DNA of 64,000 bases from Blasia pusilla. Its lineage: Eukaryota. Location: positions 27,280,001 to 27,344,000 of the forward strand of contig CM114271.1 in the NCBI GenBank assembly GCA_050084515.1, in the 5' to 3' direction. Positions 25,601-38,670 of this stretch are shown here, in pieces. The position numbers and the translations under genes are program-made. Within the stretch, counting starts at the first letter, position 1; the number at the start of each line of letters is the position of its first letter. The notes under the pieces were generated by a model. It had not been told where the DNA came from, did not search any database, and saw only the letters and a list, made by a program, of their open reading frames with translations.

Positions 25601-27949
25601 ATAACCTCCAGGCCACGACACTCTTCTCGAACATACGTCGAACCTCACGTCAATAGATGCAAACTATCTATCCATCGGCATCGACACGTGTGTCCCCATC
25701 ACAACCCTCGCACCCACAATCGGTGAAAAACTAATAAGTCAACCCCCAATCAACTCGTAATATTTTCCATCATGAATCCCACCATTCTCGCAAAACACCA
25801 AGTCCCCAAAACTCTCTCCCACTATGTAACTCAACTCAACCACGTGTGACCCCTCAACTTTGTAACCTGAACCAACCACATTCGGCTCCTTGCTCCTACC
25901 ACATCTGTCTTTGCTCTACCACATCCACCTATGCCTCTACCACGTCAGCTCATGCCCTACCATGTCCGTCCTTATAACCACGTACAAGGACTACTGCATT
26001 CCCATCCAACCACGTCTTCTACCACATCCTGCACGGTGCCCTATGCACCTCAAAAGGGTCTTAAGTGCAGGGGCAGATCCTTAAATTGGGGGGGTGGGGG
26101 GGGGGCATCAAGGGACCTGGGGGTCTTTCTCGTGTAAAATCAGATTAGTAAAAATGGCTCACCCGGCCTAAAAACTCACTCATGAATCTACATCGGCATA
26201 TTGAACCACATCCACCCTCGCTATGAGGGAATTCATACATTAGCACCCTAGCTCTTACACACCCACACACACACATATGCAAGAGAGGTATTCCTAAGGC
26301 TCAACATGAGAAAGATGGCTTGAGAAAGCCATCTCTCTCACTCTTATACCCTTAGCCCCCAAAAGTAGATCTCCCAACGATAACGTGCGTGCACATGTTG
26401 TCAAGTGATCGTTTCTAACGCAATAAATGTGTCGCCAACCTCATCCGACATCTAGGGATGAAGTTACACCCGAAAAACCCGCTGACTCTCTATGTTGTCG
26501 ACGCGATAGAGCTCTACCTATGTCAAAAACGCATCCTTATACCCTCAAATTCACCAAGTATCCTAAGATGATTTGTAGGATGAAGATGAGGTGCATGCTT
26601 TTGTATTATTGATCCCCTCTCTAGAATTTTGGTCTCATGTTTCATGGAAGCTTGCATTGAGCAAGTCTTGCTTTCGTTACTAATCTACACACAAACACAA
26701 TCAGCCTCACATCTCATAAGTTTGGGTCTTTGGTCACATCTCAAACTCAATAGTTCTAAAAGAGATTGGATGCCAAAATCTAAACCCTCATTCCCTACCA
26801 TGGGTAAGCCATTGAAAACTTGGAAAAAAATTCATGAATAGTCTAGGGACCTAAAATGGCGCGAATGCAAGTGTGTGGCTATCCCAAATGCCCAATGGAA
26901 CTCAAACAAGTCTCCAACCATAACTCAATATCCGAGTCTCAAGTCGAGGTCTAAGTTTAGTGTTAAAAACTATACTGCCTTGATTAGACTTGGTGACAAA
27001 ACCCCAATATCAACCTCTCAATCCATCTCAAGCTTTTTATTAAACTCCCATGGCTCCCAAGGTGGGGTTCATGCTCCAAAATTCCTCACAAACCCTCCCC
27101 CATATGTATGATTCTAAAGATATTTGGCCCCTCATTCTTCCGAATTATTCCAATTGGGCTACTCCTTGTAGCCTTCAACCCGAAAAACCACTTCAAAAAA
27201 ATTAGGTATGTTTTAAGAGTTCGGTTTGTGTGTTTGTCCAAAAGTTTTGGTATGTTGGAGTCATCTTATCAAAGCCTTCTAACTTCAACTTATATATAAA
27301 AAATATCTTAGGTCCAAATATCTTAACCTTAGACATGTGGAGCCACCAAGCACTCAATCGGATTCCAAGCTAGGTTTTATCATCTTTAGATTCTAACTCT
27401 TGTGGGATTTGAGCTCTTCTCAAATTCCACCCTTTATTTAGTCATCGTTTCTTAGATCATCACCATAATGATTCAAATGCCCATTTAGGCTCATATATTT
27501 ATTTTGCAATTATGTATTGCTTGTAAGACTCCGACGCATTTTGATCATAGTAAGAACCCAATAGAGTTTGAATGTTTCGTGTTGGTGAGTATTTTGTATG
27601 AAGGTTATAACATTCACCCCTCATTAGAGTGATATATAGATTCCCTCATCACACAAACCTTTGATCTCCAATCATCTTTGGGAATCCAAATCCCCTAAAC
27701 ATAAAAATGCATTTTAGTAGTTAACCCGCATCTTTTGGCTTAAATCTTAGGTTATCCCACCAACACTTAGAAACCATCAACTTCTTTTTATAGGTTACTT
27801 CTAGACTAGCTTCCTTGAAACTAATCTTAGTTGCTCTAATAAGACAATCAACTAAGCATTCTCCCTTAGATTTTGGAAGTTGGGGATCCGGAAAAAACAT
27901 CAAGGTGTGCGAACTAGCAAGTTGAAGAGTCTACTTGGATTCCAACAAA

Positions 27950-28720
27950 GATTGGGTAAGAATATTTGAGATTTATCCACAAACATGCGACAAATACTCA
28001 TTACCACTCATGGATTTGTACAAACATGTCGTATAGTATTAGTATGGCGTCTTGGACCAAGAGCCAATATATAGAGTTTGTGATATGATGTTGCTAGATA
28101 CCATGAAACACACCTTGAAGTGATCTTCAAGTTATTTGAACGGATGGAGCTCTAAACGAGTGAGGAATATGGAATGGCAATAGAATTTGCATGAGAGCCA
28201 ACATGTCCATGAGCTTCGGTATCCCTATTGGTGCAACAACGCGCTTCAAAGCCAAGCAAAACAATTGTTATGCCCAGAGAGCAAGGAAAGTATCGTAAGA
28301 TGATGACCCATATAGACATACGTTGAACAGCTAGAAGGGGCCAAGTTTTATTTGTTGGACATATGTTAGACCCAACACATAGATGGAGTGCATAGATCAT
28401 GGTGGAGGACAAAGAAGACCTCATATTTCTGAGGACTCACCTTATATTATATCACCACAACCATAGTGTGATCATTGTCATAAGTTTGCTAATATAAGAG
28501 ATCATGAGCTAGAAGGGCCTCCTCACTTGGCCTCTTTACATAGTTCTATATCGACACAAATACATCAAGAAATGGTGGAAGGTTTATACTTGGAAATGCG
28601 AGAACGTAATAAATGAACAAGAGAGAGACTTCTAAACTAGCTTCTAAAGGCTCAATCAAGATAGATGCAACAAACTAACAAAAAATGACGTTAAGTGAGA
28701 TTCCAAATGGGATTCCATAG
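27950..28720 (+). mobile_element. Degenerate Gypsy integrase remnant
   Basis: 28620-28710 resembles the integrase C-terminal region of the chromovirus (AQ..Y...AN..RR.V.FQ.G), with many stops. Confidence 0.5.
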
Positions 28721-29924
28721 ATTCCAACCCTAAATAAGTCGAATCCTAAATCAATGCTTGGACGGGAATCTATTGAATAGGTGTGAAGTTTAATCAAAGT
28801 TAGAGTTTCATATTATTAATAAATTTAGGCTTAAATTTATTAATGACATGAAACTCAAAGTTTGCCTTTTTAAAAATATTAATTTCGCTTAATTTTGAGG
28901 TTGAAACTAGGGGCTCCTCGACTATCCTAGGCCTCTAACACTTAAGTGCCATCAATGATATCAACTTCCTTTAGTCCATGGTCTGATGGTGTGGTTTTAA
29001 TCATTGCCACTAACTCGTCATATATCTCACGAGAAATAGTGGATGCATACGTTGGAGCACAATGCACCCTCCACGCATTGATCTCTACCAAGTATGAAGA
29101 TTATAATTCATGATAATTATGTATATGAAATCCTTTCAAATGTTGTAACAAAACCTTCCATACCAAAAAATGGTTGAATTGTGCAAGAACTCATACCACA
29201 TGTGGAAATATTGGACAAAACCATCCAAATCGATAGCGCTTATGGTTTCTACAAAAACAATTTCATCTAAAATTTAAGTATGTTATTATTAGAGTAGAAT
29301 AGTAATTGGTTGTCCATGTAATGGACTTGATCATATGGATGGAAATTAAAAGACCTTACAAATGAGGAATATAATAAAGCCATTAGATATATGTAAAATT
29401 TGTAGAGTTTAACATCAAAAAATTTAACTATTTTTCTTTTCTAAATATGGGAAAATTATTGTAAAATTTTGAATTGAAATTTTAACTGAACATAAAGGAA
29501 AATCTGCAAAATTTCAGAATAAAATTGATCATGAAAATAATTTTTAAAAAGTAATTACCAAAACCTATTCTACATTCAATTTCTGGCTTAGTATGGGGTA
29601 AAATTAAACATAAACTGAAGAGATTTGAAAGGCTTCATATGTGGCGCTTATTGGAATCTTCTTAGCCAGAGCTAATCATCATAATAATCTGATTTTATAT
29701 GCCTGATTTAGATTATAGATATAGAAAGATGTCTATCATAACAATAATAAAAAATAAACTTTTTTAATAAATTTAATTTGTATTGTTCAGTTGTTTAAAA
29801 TTTTTCTTTTTTGTTTGGAATAAACTTTAGTTCATTTTATTATTAGATTTGGAATCTAGTTGATGTTGTGGGGCACATCAATATTATTATGGGAGAGTGC
29901 CTTCTTGTTGTTCAAATACCTCTA

Positions 29925-30090
29925 TGCTTGACATGTGGTGATTGGGCAGCAAGAAAATGTTTCACATGCTATGGATAGCAAGAAAAATTTAAATTTATGT
30001 ACAACATCATTAATCTCTTCCCTTCACGGCTTATACACTAGCTCTTCAAACACTTTTTTTTTCCCGTGCATCGCACAGACACCTTATTAG
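29925..30090 (+). mobile_element. Helitron-like 3' terminus
   Basis: Subterminal hairpin (C)CGTGCATCGCACAG followed by ...TTAG|T. The ~160-bp segment is homologous to 58700-58850. Confidence 0.6.
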
Positions 30091-30991
30091 TTTCATAATA
30101 ATAATATCTTACAATGCAATATCCATTCTTCGAAATTTTTTTGGAATTCACTAAGAAAGATAAAATATACCCAAAAAGTAGACATGAAGAAACTTGGCAT
30201 AATTATTAAAGAAATGAGGGATCAATGACATAGAAAAATTTTAATGATATATTCCAACGATGAGAAAAATAATAGAGGGAAAAATGACAAAATATTTGGA
30301 GGGAAAGAAAACAAAGAGAAAGATTCCTTGAGAAATGTGACCATGGAGCATGGAACTCTTAACATGATTGGAAAAGCCTTCTCATCATGTTAAGAGTTCG
30401 AAAAATCTTTGTTGGAAGAATCTCATCATTATGAGAAATCAATTGATGGCCATTGCCATGAAAAAGATAATTAAAAAACAATGCAATGGTTAAATCTAAA
30501 ATTTAATCATAAAAATTACCAAAATCCAATTAAAACCTAACAAGTAAGAAATTTGAGACACATGACACGCGTATGAAACTAAACTAAATAATAACATGAA
30601 AGTTGACTCAAAAAATTAAAAAATTAAAAAACCAAACTAGTAAGTTTAGCTCACCTATACTTCATCGTCATTATCTTTGAGGCAAAATCCATATTGCCAT
30701 ATTAATATGAACGTATCCAACGAAAGGAAATAAAAAATTGGAAAGAAAGGGAAGAATATCTACACTCTTAACCAAGCATAGAAGGAAACTATAAGAAGTG
30801 AAGGACTAAAGCATAAATTTTTATTTCACCATAACTACACTAAGTGGCACTATATTTATTCGTATCGTGCCTGCCTCGTATCTCCGAATTGATCTTATTT
30901 TATTTCATGGAGTTCCGTAGGGACATATGTCAACCCAGTACTAGAGAAGTGGTATCTTTTTTTGTGCAAGGACACATGACAAGGATAAAGA

Positions 30992-31152
30992 TGTCATGCG
31001 CATACACATCGCTGTCACTAAACACAAACGAAGGGGAAATCTGCTCTCTCAGGTTTCTCGGGGCCTCAGCATGTCGACCTACTGAACGTGTCCTCCACTA
31101 CTCACGAAGGCGCTCTTCTAGATCTCACCGATCTATCCTAAAAGACGTGACA
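30992..31152 (-). mobile_element. Internally deleted solo LTR (161 bp) of the DNMT/PHD family
   Basis: TGTCATG...CGTGACA with 4-bp TSD AAGA (30988-30991 and 31153-31156). Both LTR ends are joined at an AAAC microhomology. Confidence 0.85.
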
Positions 31153-33713
31153 AAGACAAGGTAAGTTAGAGTTTTCTTAGTTGTAGACACATATGAACGT
31201 TTGAGGGTTCTGGGTGTAGAAAAATGTTTTTGCACTTCCTACTTTGGAGAAGGAAGTGGAGCCGACTCTAATGTAGGAGTGGAAGTGCAGCTAAAGTGGA
31301 AGAAGAATTAGCAGTTGGGTCTATCGATGTGATATGTGGCTTTGATTTGTAGTTGTTTCAAGTGCATTCGAATCTGAAGAGGAAGGATCTCTATCTGTGT
31401 CCAAGTGCGTTCGAATCTGCAGCCTCTTTCAAGTGCGTTTGTGCAAATGTGAGCATCATATTTTTCAATTTAGTGGCATCTTTTTCATATGGCAGTGTGT
31501 TCAGATTATGTTTGAGCCCACTTTGAGTCTTGGCCGTGGGTCTAAGAGCAGACGAATTTACCAAGAATACCCTTGTTAGAGACTTAGATCAAAGTTCATC
31601 CTTCAAATAGAAAAGTTTGGCTTGCAGTTTCCTTTAATTCATCCCTTGATCCCTCATCCTACTCATTGCAGAACATCTTCCATTCGCACAATCCATGCAC
31701 TAATAATCCAGATATTTTTCCTCTCAATTATCGATCATGACAGACTTGCTAGTGATTCCTTTGGATGCTTTCAAACGGGGCATTGTTTGCATACCACAAA
31801 CCAAATGAACTCTCGGCTTTACGTGCCTGAAAAAACAAACTACTCTTTGTAGTCGCTTGAATGGGTCTGGGGTTTTGAGCAAACACAAGAGAAAGATTCA
31901 TCCGCTACCTTTTCAATGGTGTCACCACTCCTTGCAGAAGTGCATGATGCTTCATCAGAATTACAGGGAACAGTATGCCATGACTATCTCCAAAGTTTCA
32001 CAACCACACGACTTCCACTGCACAATTCAAATTGTGTTCCTATTCGATAGGATCGAGTAAGATTTAGTTGTGTTGTAGCATTGGGCAATAAAGCTTGAAT
32101 ACATCATTGATTTGGTGTGCTGGAGCCCATGGTATCCTCTTTCTTCTATGTAAATGCACGAGCATCCAATTGGTGCGATTGACGTTGATTATGAGCTCCA
32201 TCCGATGTGTCTATCGTCAGGATTTTTGTTCAAGCGTTGAATATGTCACAATTCAAGTTCCAGGATAGTTCATTTTGTAGAAGATCTATGTTCTCTTTCC
32301 CAACGGTGATGACAAATCATATCCACAAGATACCAGGCTTTCAAATTTGTTCACCATTTGCGGCGGAGGTATGTGCTTCCCCTTGGGACTAATGGAAAAT
32401 CTTTCATAATAAGATTGCACGAAGAAACGTGGATTCTTCTATGTGTTGAGATCATTGCATTTAAGTGCTTTAAGAGTGATCGACTACTCATAGCGACTGT
32501 ACGTAGGGGAGAGGTGTGCATTGGGATGTGTTGAATAGCTACTTGAGGTTTCAAAATCCACTTGGCACCATAATTTCCACAACCACCAAATGCACATCCC
32601 CCCACCAAAAACCAACACCTAAAGAGCGCTCATTGAAGGAATGCTAAATATATAGAGCAAAGAGCTTTCTGGATTTAAAGTACCATACTTACAATCAACT
32701 ATCCTAGAGAATTGTGACTAGACTCGACTTGAAGAGCTAGAGATGTTCAAATGTCTATATTATACTATATCTTGATGATTTGGTAGATAACCATCGGAGA
32801 GTAAATTCTCTGGCTATTGAAAAGGTTGAGAATTCGAGCAGCTTATTGCTCAACAAACAAACCATCAATCTTAGCTATCTAGAACTTAAATGAAGAAATC
32901 CATGCATATATTTTGGATGTGGAGGTGATCATAAGTGCAAGGTATCCAAACTCTAGCGTCCAAGATTCTGTGCCTCGCAATGTTGTGTCCATTACCGCTG
33001 GCCCAAAGATCGAAATCCTTCTCATTGAGCTTCCACATTCCTGAAATCCGGACCGTTTCGCTCCTTGGCAACTGAAAGCCGCATTGCTCCACAAGGCAAA
33101 TAGTTCGAATATGTTCGGAATGGATGGAAATAGTATATGATTCGACCCTCAAACGTGAGCACTCGAACTTACAAGTCTCAGGCGGGCCAATCCCTGTACA
33201 TGATCTCTCGCCGTCCCGGTACTTTGGGGAATATCGGAATGGAAATTGAAATTCAAAATTGATTCGCAAGGAGGGAGTAGAAGTAGGGAGAAGAAAGAAT
33301 GGCTGAAGAGGCCCCATGTCGCGTGGCTCCAAACCTGAAGCAATGGAACACATACCCGTGCATTGCAGGGGCACCTTACTAGTAGACATCTAGAAGACAC
33401 GAGAGACTCTTAGCATACAATAAAAATATGCTACAAATCTTCGTGAAAGGCTCCCAAATGTGTCAATCTATGAAAATGCATCACTTCACTCGCTCGTAGG
33501 AAGCGAATCACAATACCTATGAAAATTTCATCTTGTGGGTGTGTACTTGGGTTCGCAATTGGGCGACGAGATAGACAACCATAGGAATCCAAGAAATTTT
33601 TCATCAATCTATCTTTGTATGTATGTAAGTATGTGCTTGGGTGGGCCACAAAGTGCGACCAACACTAAAGATATTTTTTTAAAATAAATAAATAAATAAA
33701 TATATATATATAT

Positions 33714-36700
33714 GTAGTAAAAAGATGGGAAACCCATCACGATACAAAAGAGGGGGCATGGAGACCCAAAAAATAGACCTCAAGAGGCCGAAACCGGCTC
33801 TGAGGAGAAAGAAGGGGCCCTTCCCCCCTAGCGACCAAAATCACCAACAGCAGAGACAATATCAGCAACACCTAGAGAACCATGACTACTACTAAGTGGG
33901 CCTCTAGCATTGGCGTCTCCAACCGCCTGAGCCCACCCGCAGAAGCCGATTTTCCTAGGCGCGCTGCAAAGCTATGGAGACCCGTTGCCTACAATAAAGT
34001 ATCGTAGTGGCTTAGGACAACCCATTTCTTGACTGGCGATGATGGGCGCAATCCGTAAGGAACGAGTCAAACCTCTCCCCCATCGCCCCGTACATCTCAA
34101 TGGCTAGGGGGATAAATCGATGTCCGTCATGAAGTCGACTATAAATGTGGGTCTTCTTGACCGCCGCCGCCGCTCCTTGTAGCAATCTCCCTTGTGCTAC
34201 CATTTGGGCTCGCACCGCCTCTCGCGTAGGATCCGTCACTACAACATCCGCTACCACCACCTCAGACTCCCTCGTCATGTAGAGATCAGCACGAGTAAGG
34301 GAATCCCGCATGGAGTAGTGCCTCTCTCTTTGTACATGGAATCCACTCTCCCAAGCAATAGAGAACATAATATCCCGCACTGCATCGTGAGTGGCTATCC
34401 TCTCACCCCAAATTGGACACCGTGCCAAATGCACACCAAGTGGATCCAGACTCCGGCGACACTCGTAGTGTGTCGAACCAACCACTGTTGGTTGGGGCAG
34501 GCCCAGTCAGAACCTCATCGCTGTAGTGTAGGTAAGTGGTGCGATGCGGAAAGCCGGGACGAGGGGACGAGCCCCCATCCATGAGCCTGCCCCCTTTCCG
34601 GAGCAAGAGCGAATACAGGCCCGAACCTCCATGGGGATATTCCTGTCCGACATAGTAGCTCTAAACAATGCATCAAAGTAGGCTTCCATCAAAGAAGATT
34701 GGAGCCCAGACTGTCCGGAGGTAACTAGGGAAGAGAAAGCGGGAAGAACTGCTCTAGCCTCAACAAGAAGGGAGTCTCTACAAGCTGAGAGTGAAGACTG
34801 AAGTGGGAAAAGACCATCCTCAACCTGGGAAACGTACTGTAAAAGTAGCGGTCTATCCCTAACAAAACATGGGAGCAAAGGAGGGGTGCTACAATGGCCC
34901 AACTCCCTAAAAAGGTTGAAGAAGCCACTAATTCAGTCGCTATGAGCCCTACTCCACCAAAGGCAATTGTCCAAGAAGCCTGTTTACGAGCTAACTCCCC
35001 TGCAGGGGCACTCTAATGAGCCAGGTCCTAGAAGATCCCCAAACGCATGCATAATCTTTCTATCAAAGGATCTATACAAGGAAGAAATATGGCCAGTCGT
35101 CCACACGGTTCTACACAGATAACCAGGTCTATGGGCAAAACATGACGAGAGGATTCCATAAGCTACTTGAGGGTCACCAATCCTCGTGAGATCGTCGACA
35201 TGAAGAAGATCCTCGGTAAGAGCCGCCGCCACAAAACTCGATACAAAGTCCTGGCTCCCGAGTGGGACTCCCAAGACGCGAAGCCCTCCAACACGTGTCA
35301 AAAAAATGTCGGGTAATTGAATATGCGCTGACAAGCCTAATGAAGACCAAGCCTTGCACTTTCCCACCTTCACTGCGAGGCCGACGTGTGCCAACTGTGC
35401 TGAAATGCAGGAACAACCAAGTCTCCAGGGCCGAAAATGTGAGTATCATCTGCCAACAAAGGGAAAATGCAACCCGAGAAAGCCTCCACCGTAGAAAGAA
35501 CCGCTCGATAATGAGCCAAACCAAACAATGCACCACCCAGGGGATCACCGGGTCGCGTCCCGGTAGCAGACTCCAAGACCGTGACCTCCTCCTCGAACCT
35601 ACCGTGGTGAAAATAGAGAGCCAAGGGAGCCCCATAAAAAGCATGCACGAAGGGAATCATGCTCGCTATGGGACCCCCTGCATCTCTCAGCTCCGTGAAG
35701 ATAGCTGCCCGAGACACTGAGTTAAAGGCGTTCTCCACATCAACTAGGAGAACCACCCACCGGGATGTATATCTAAACAAGCCCTCAAACCTAAGGCTAC
35801 AGCCTCACAACCGGCTGGCGTGGCCACTCCAAACTGGTGCGGACTCAGATGTGACTGGAAAGCCTCACGGAACTGCAAAGCGATAGTGCGACTCATCAAC
35901 CGCAAGAGCACCTCCCCTATGGCAATCGGACGGATCCCTCCACCCTCCTTCGATAACGCCAAAAGTTGCCCCGCCCCCAATACCTGGGCTACTACTGTTG
36001 GCACTCTCCCCTGAGCTAGGTGAGAGGCAACCTGAAGCAACTCGGAAAAGCCGCTAGCAAAGTCCTCGGAGGGAAATCAATCACGAAGGTGTTCGTACAT
36101 CATACCGGATAACCCTCCAGCTGCTATCCTAGGGGAACGCCCAAGTGCCCGTGCAAAGAGGGACGGGTCTAGGCATAAGGTCGTGTCAAGATGGAAGTCA
36201 CGTACAAATGATGGGATGTCAACCACTGGACGAGGGTGTAGCCTCCGGAGGGCATCGAGGGTAACAGTGGAAGGAGGAGCCATATCCATGGGGCGGAGCG
36301 CACGAGCCGCTCGCGAGTACTCCCCGACTCGCCCAAGTCTCCTACATCGTCGCAATCTGGCAGCTACAAGATCGTCTGCTGGGAAACCATGTGGAGTGCT
36401 ACCTCTGGCATATGCCACGAACTCGCTCTGCAGAGACTCCCAATCACCTCCTCGGAAGCGCCGCAATCGGGCCACAACCTCTCTATGGCCAGCCTTTCCT
36501 CCTCGGGTATAGCGAATACACCATCGTGGAAGGAGAAGTAGTAGATACCACGAGAGCTCATCCATAGGATCAAGTGCGATCCTAGATAAGGGAAGGATGA
36601 AAGACTAGCGAAGCTCATCCCGAATAGCATGGGGGATCCTATGAAACAATCTCGGGCAGGGAAAACGGGTCTCAAAGAGATCTGTGATACTGCCAAGGTG

Positions 36701-37100
36701 GGACCTCAACCACTCCCATGCCTCGGGAGGGGGCGATGATGCATGAAGCACCTGTGAGCATCCATGATCGACTGGAGGAACCACCCATCCGAATCTATCA
36801 AAGTCAGGATGTTTAGCCGCTAAATGGTTCCGAATTCCTGAACGAGTGAAGAATTCGGGACAACAAGGGCATTTTGTATCCCGGCTAGACGACCCACGAG
36901 CCCCTACGCGAGGGGCCGATGCGGATCGAGGCAGGGACACCTCTCACCAAGAAGAGAACATGATCCCCTCCGTCAAACTCGAGAGACAAACCCTACCAAA
37001 ATCTGCCCCACAACCCCCATTCGAACTAGCCCTAATGGTAACCGACTCTCTTCCCGTCCACGGAAATGCTCTCCCTAGTATGAACTCTCATCTACCATCT
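33714..37100 (-). mobile_element. CRE-clade non-LTR retrotransposon (C2H2 zinc finger - RT - CCHC - restriction-like endonuclease), frameshifted
   Basis: CPCCPEFFTRSGIRNHLAAKH; GGIRPIAIGEVLLRL..QFGV; DVENAFNSVSR; PGDPLGGALF; LADD; HLARC..THDAVRD..RADL..ADVVV..FIPLAIE. The 3' end abuts a (TA)n/(TAAA)n tract at ~33682-33713. The 5' boundary is approximate. Confidence 0.88.
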
Positions 37101-38670
37101 TCACCTATGACATATGGCCCAACCCCCTCCCCAAATAATGTAGAGACAGTATGGAGGTACTAGTGATATGGAAAAAGAATAGATGGAAAAAATAGATGGG
37201 AATAGAATGGGATAAGGGAGGAAAACATGGGTCAAACGTGAACGAAGAATGTGTGTGGCTACAGAATAAGGACATAGAGAAAAAAAAGAAGGGTGGTGTG
37301 AAATAACAACATGAGTTGTCTTGGAAACATTCAAAGCATTACAACAAAATGTGACGACAAAGAGGACCCTAATACCTACATGAGAAACCTTAAAACAACA
37401 AAAATTTACAAAACAAAATAAAATGAAAAATACTTCACTGAAAGATTAACGTCACGGATCAAAACGCAGAGGAAGTCGGTATCTCCGTTTTGATATAATA
37501 CACGACCCCCCTCCATCAGTCTCCTTCTCATCGCGTGGAGCTCCGCCGCTCAAGATAACGGGTGCACTTCGATGGCACAATTGAGTGGAGGCCTGGCCCC
37601 TTTTGTGGGGTGAGAGAAAGGCGAACGGAGGGAGAGGAAGGAGGCGCTTCATAATGAAACGACGGTGTTTTCGACGCGACGAAAAGGAAGTCATTATCCA
37701 CAATAATGAAGCTCCACGTCGCTCGGGCGGATCTGCATGGGCCGTCGTCGTTCCGTTGTGGGGTGGCGAGTTAGCCAATCGTGTCTCTCTTTTCTCTGTG
37801 TGCGTGTGATCTATCTGATCGACTGGACGGACGGACTGGCGGGCGGGACAAGGACTTTCCCTAAGTTAGCCACGACTGTAGCGCGCACAGCGGCGCGAGG
37901 GCGTACTGAGTGGGAGGCGCCGCAGTCATCTCGTGGGCAGCGGGATGAAGGACCGGGCGGACGGGCGAACGCTTGCACGCGCGGGTCAGTCGAAGGGGGA
38001 GGCCGAACGGAACTGTGCGCGGCCCGTGCTGCGCAAGAAACCCGTCCGGCCGTGGCCGTGGCCTTCGCCTCCTTGCCCCACCTGTCACTAGCTCGGAGCC
38101 AACATCCATCCATATATCAACCGATCCGTAGGTAGGGTGAAGGTTGCAAGCAAGCTTGCACCACATCAGAGCAGAGCACCCAGTACCTCAGCGAGCGGGC
38201 GAAAAAGCCTCATCTTCCCTTTCCAGTTCTGATCGTCGGCGGCAGCAGCGACCACAGCCCCATCCCGTATCTCTTCCTTCATCTCGAGCGAGCGAGCGAG
38301 CGAACCAGGAGTAGGCGAGCAGGAAGGAAGGAAGGCACACAGAGAGGGAGAGAGAGGAGAGGAGAGAAGAAGGGAGAGAATATCAGGATCTCATAGAGGG
38401 AGAGGTCGCCAGGAATCGTGCGTGCATCTTGGAGTTGGCAGGCAGCAATCGGGAAGAGGAGCCCTGGGGGTGGGGGATTTGTTCTGGGGACGAGAAGAGC
38501 GGGCGAACTCTCCAGCACCTTCGCGTGTGCGTGTGCGCGTGTGTGAGTGTGGTGGGGAGGGGAGCGGAGCGGCAGCAGCTTGGACGGATTGTCGAAAGGT
38601 GTTGTGGCTTGCTTGTTGGTGTGTTGGTTCATTCGTGCGTTCGTGTGGGTGAAGGTTTCACATCCAGAGC

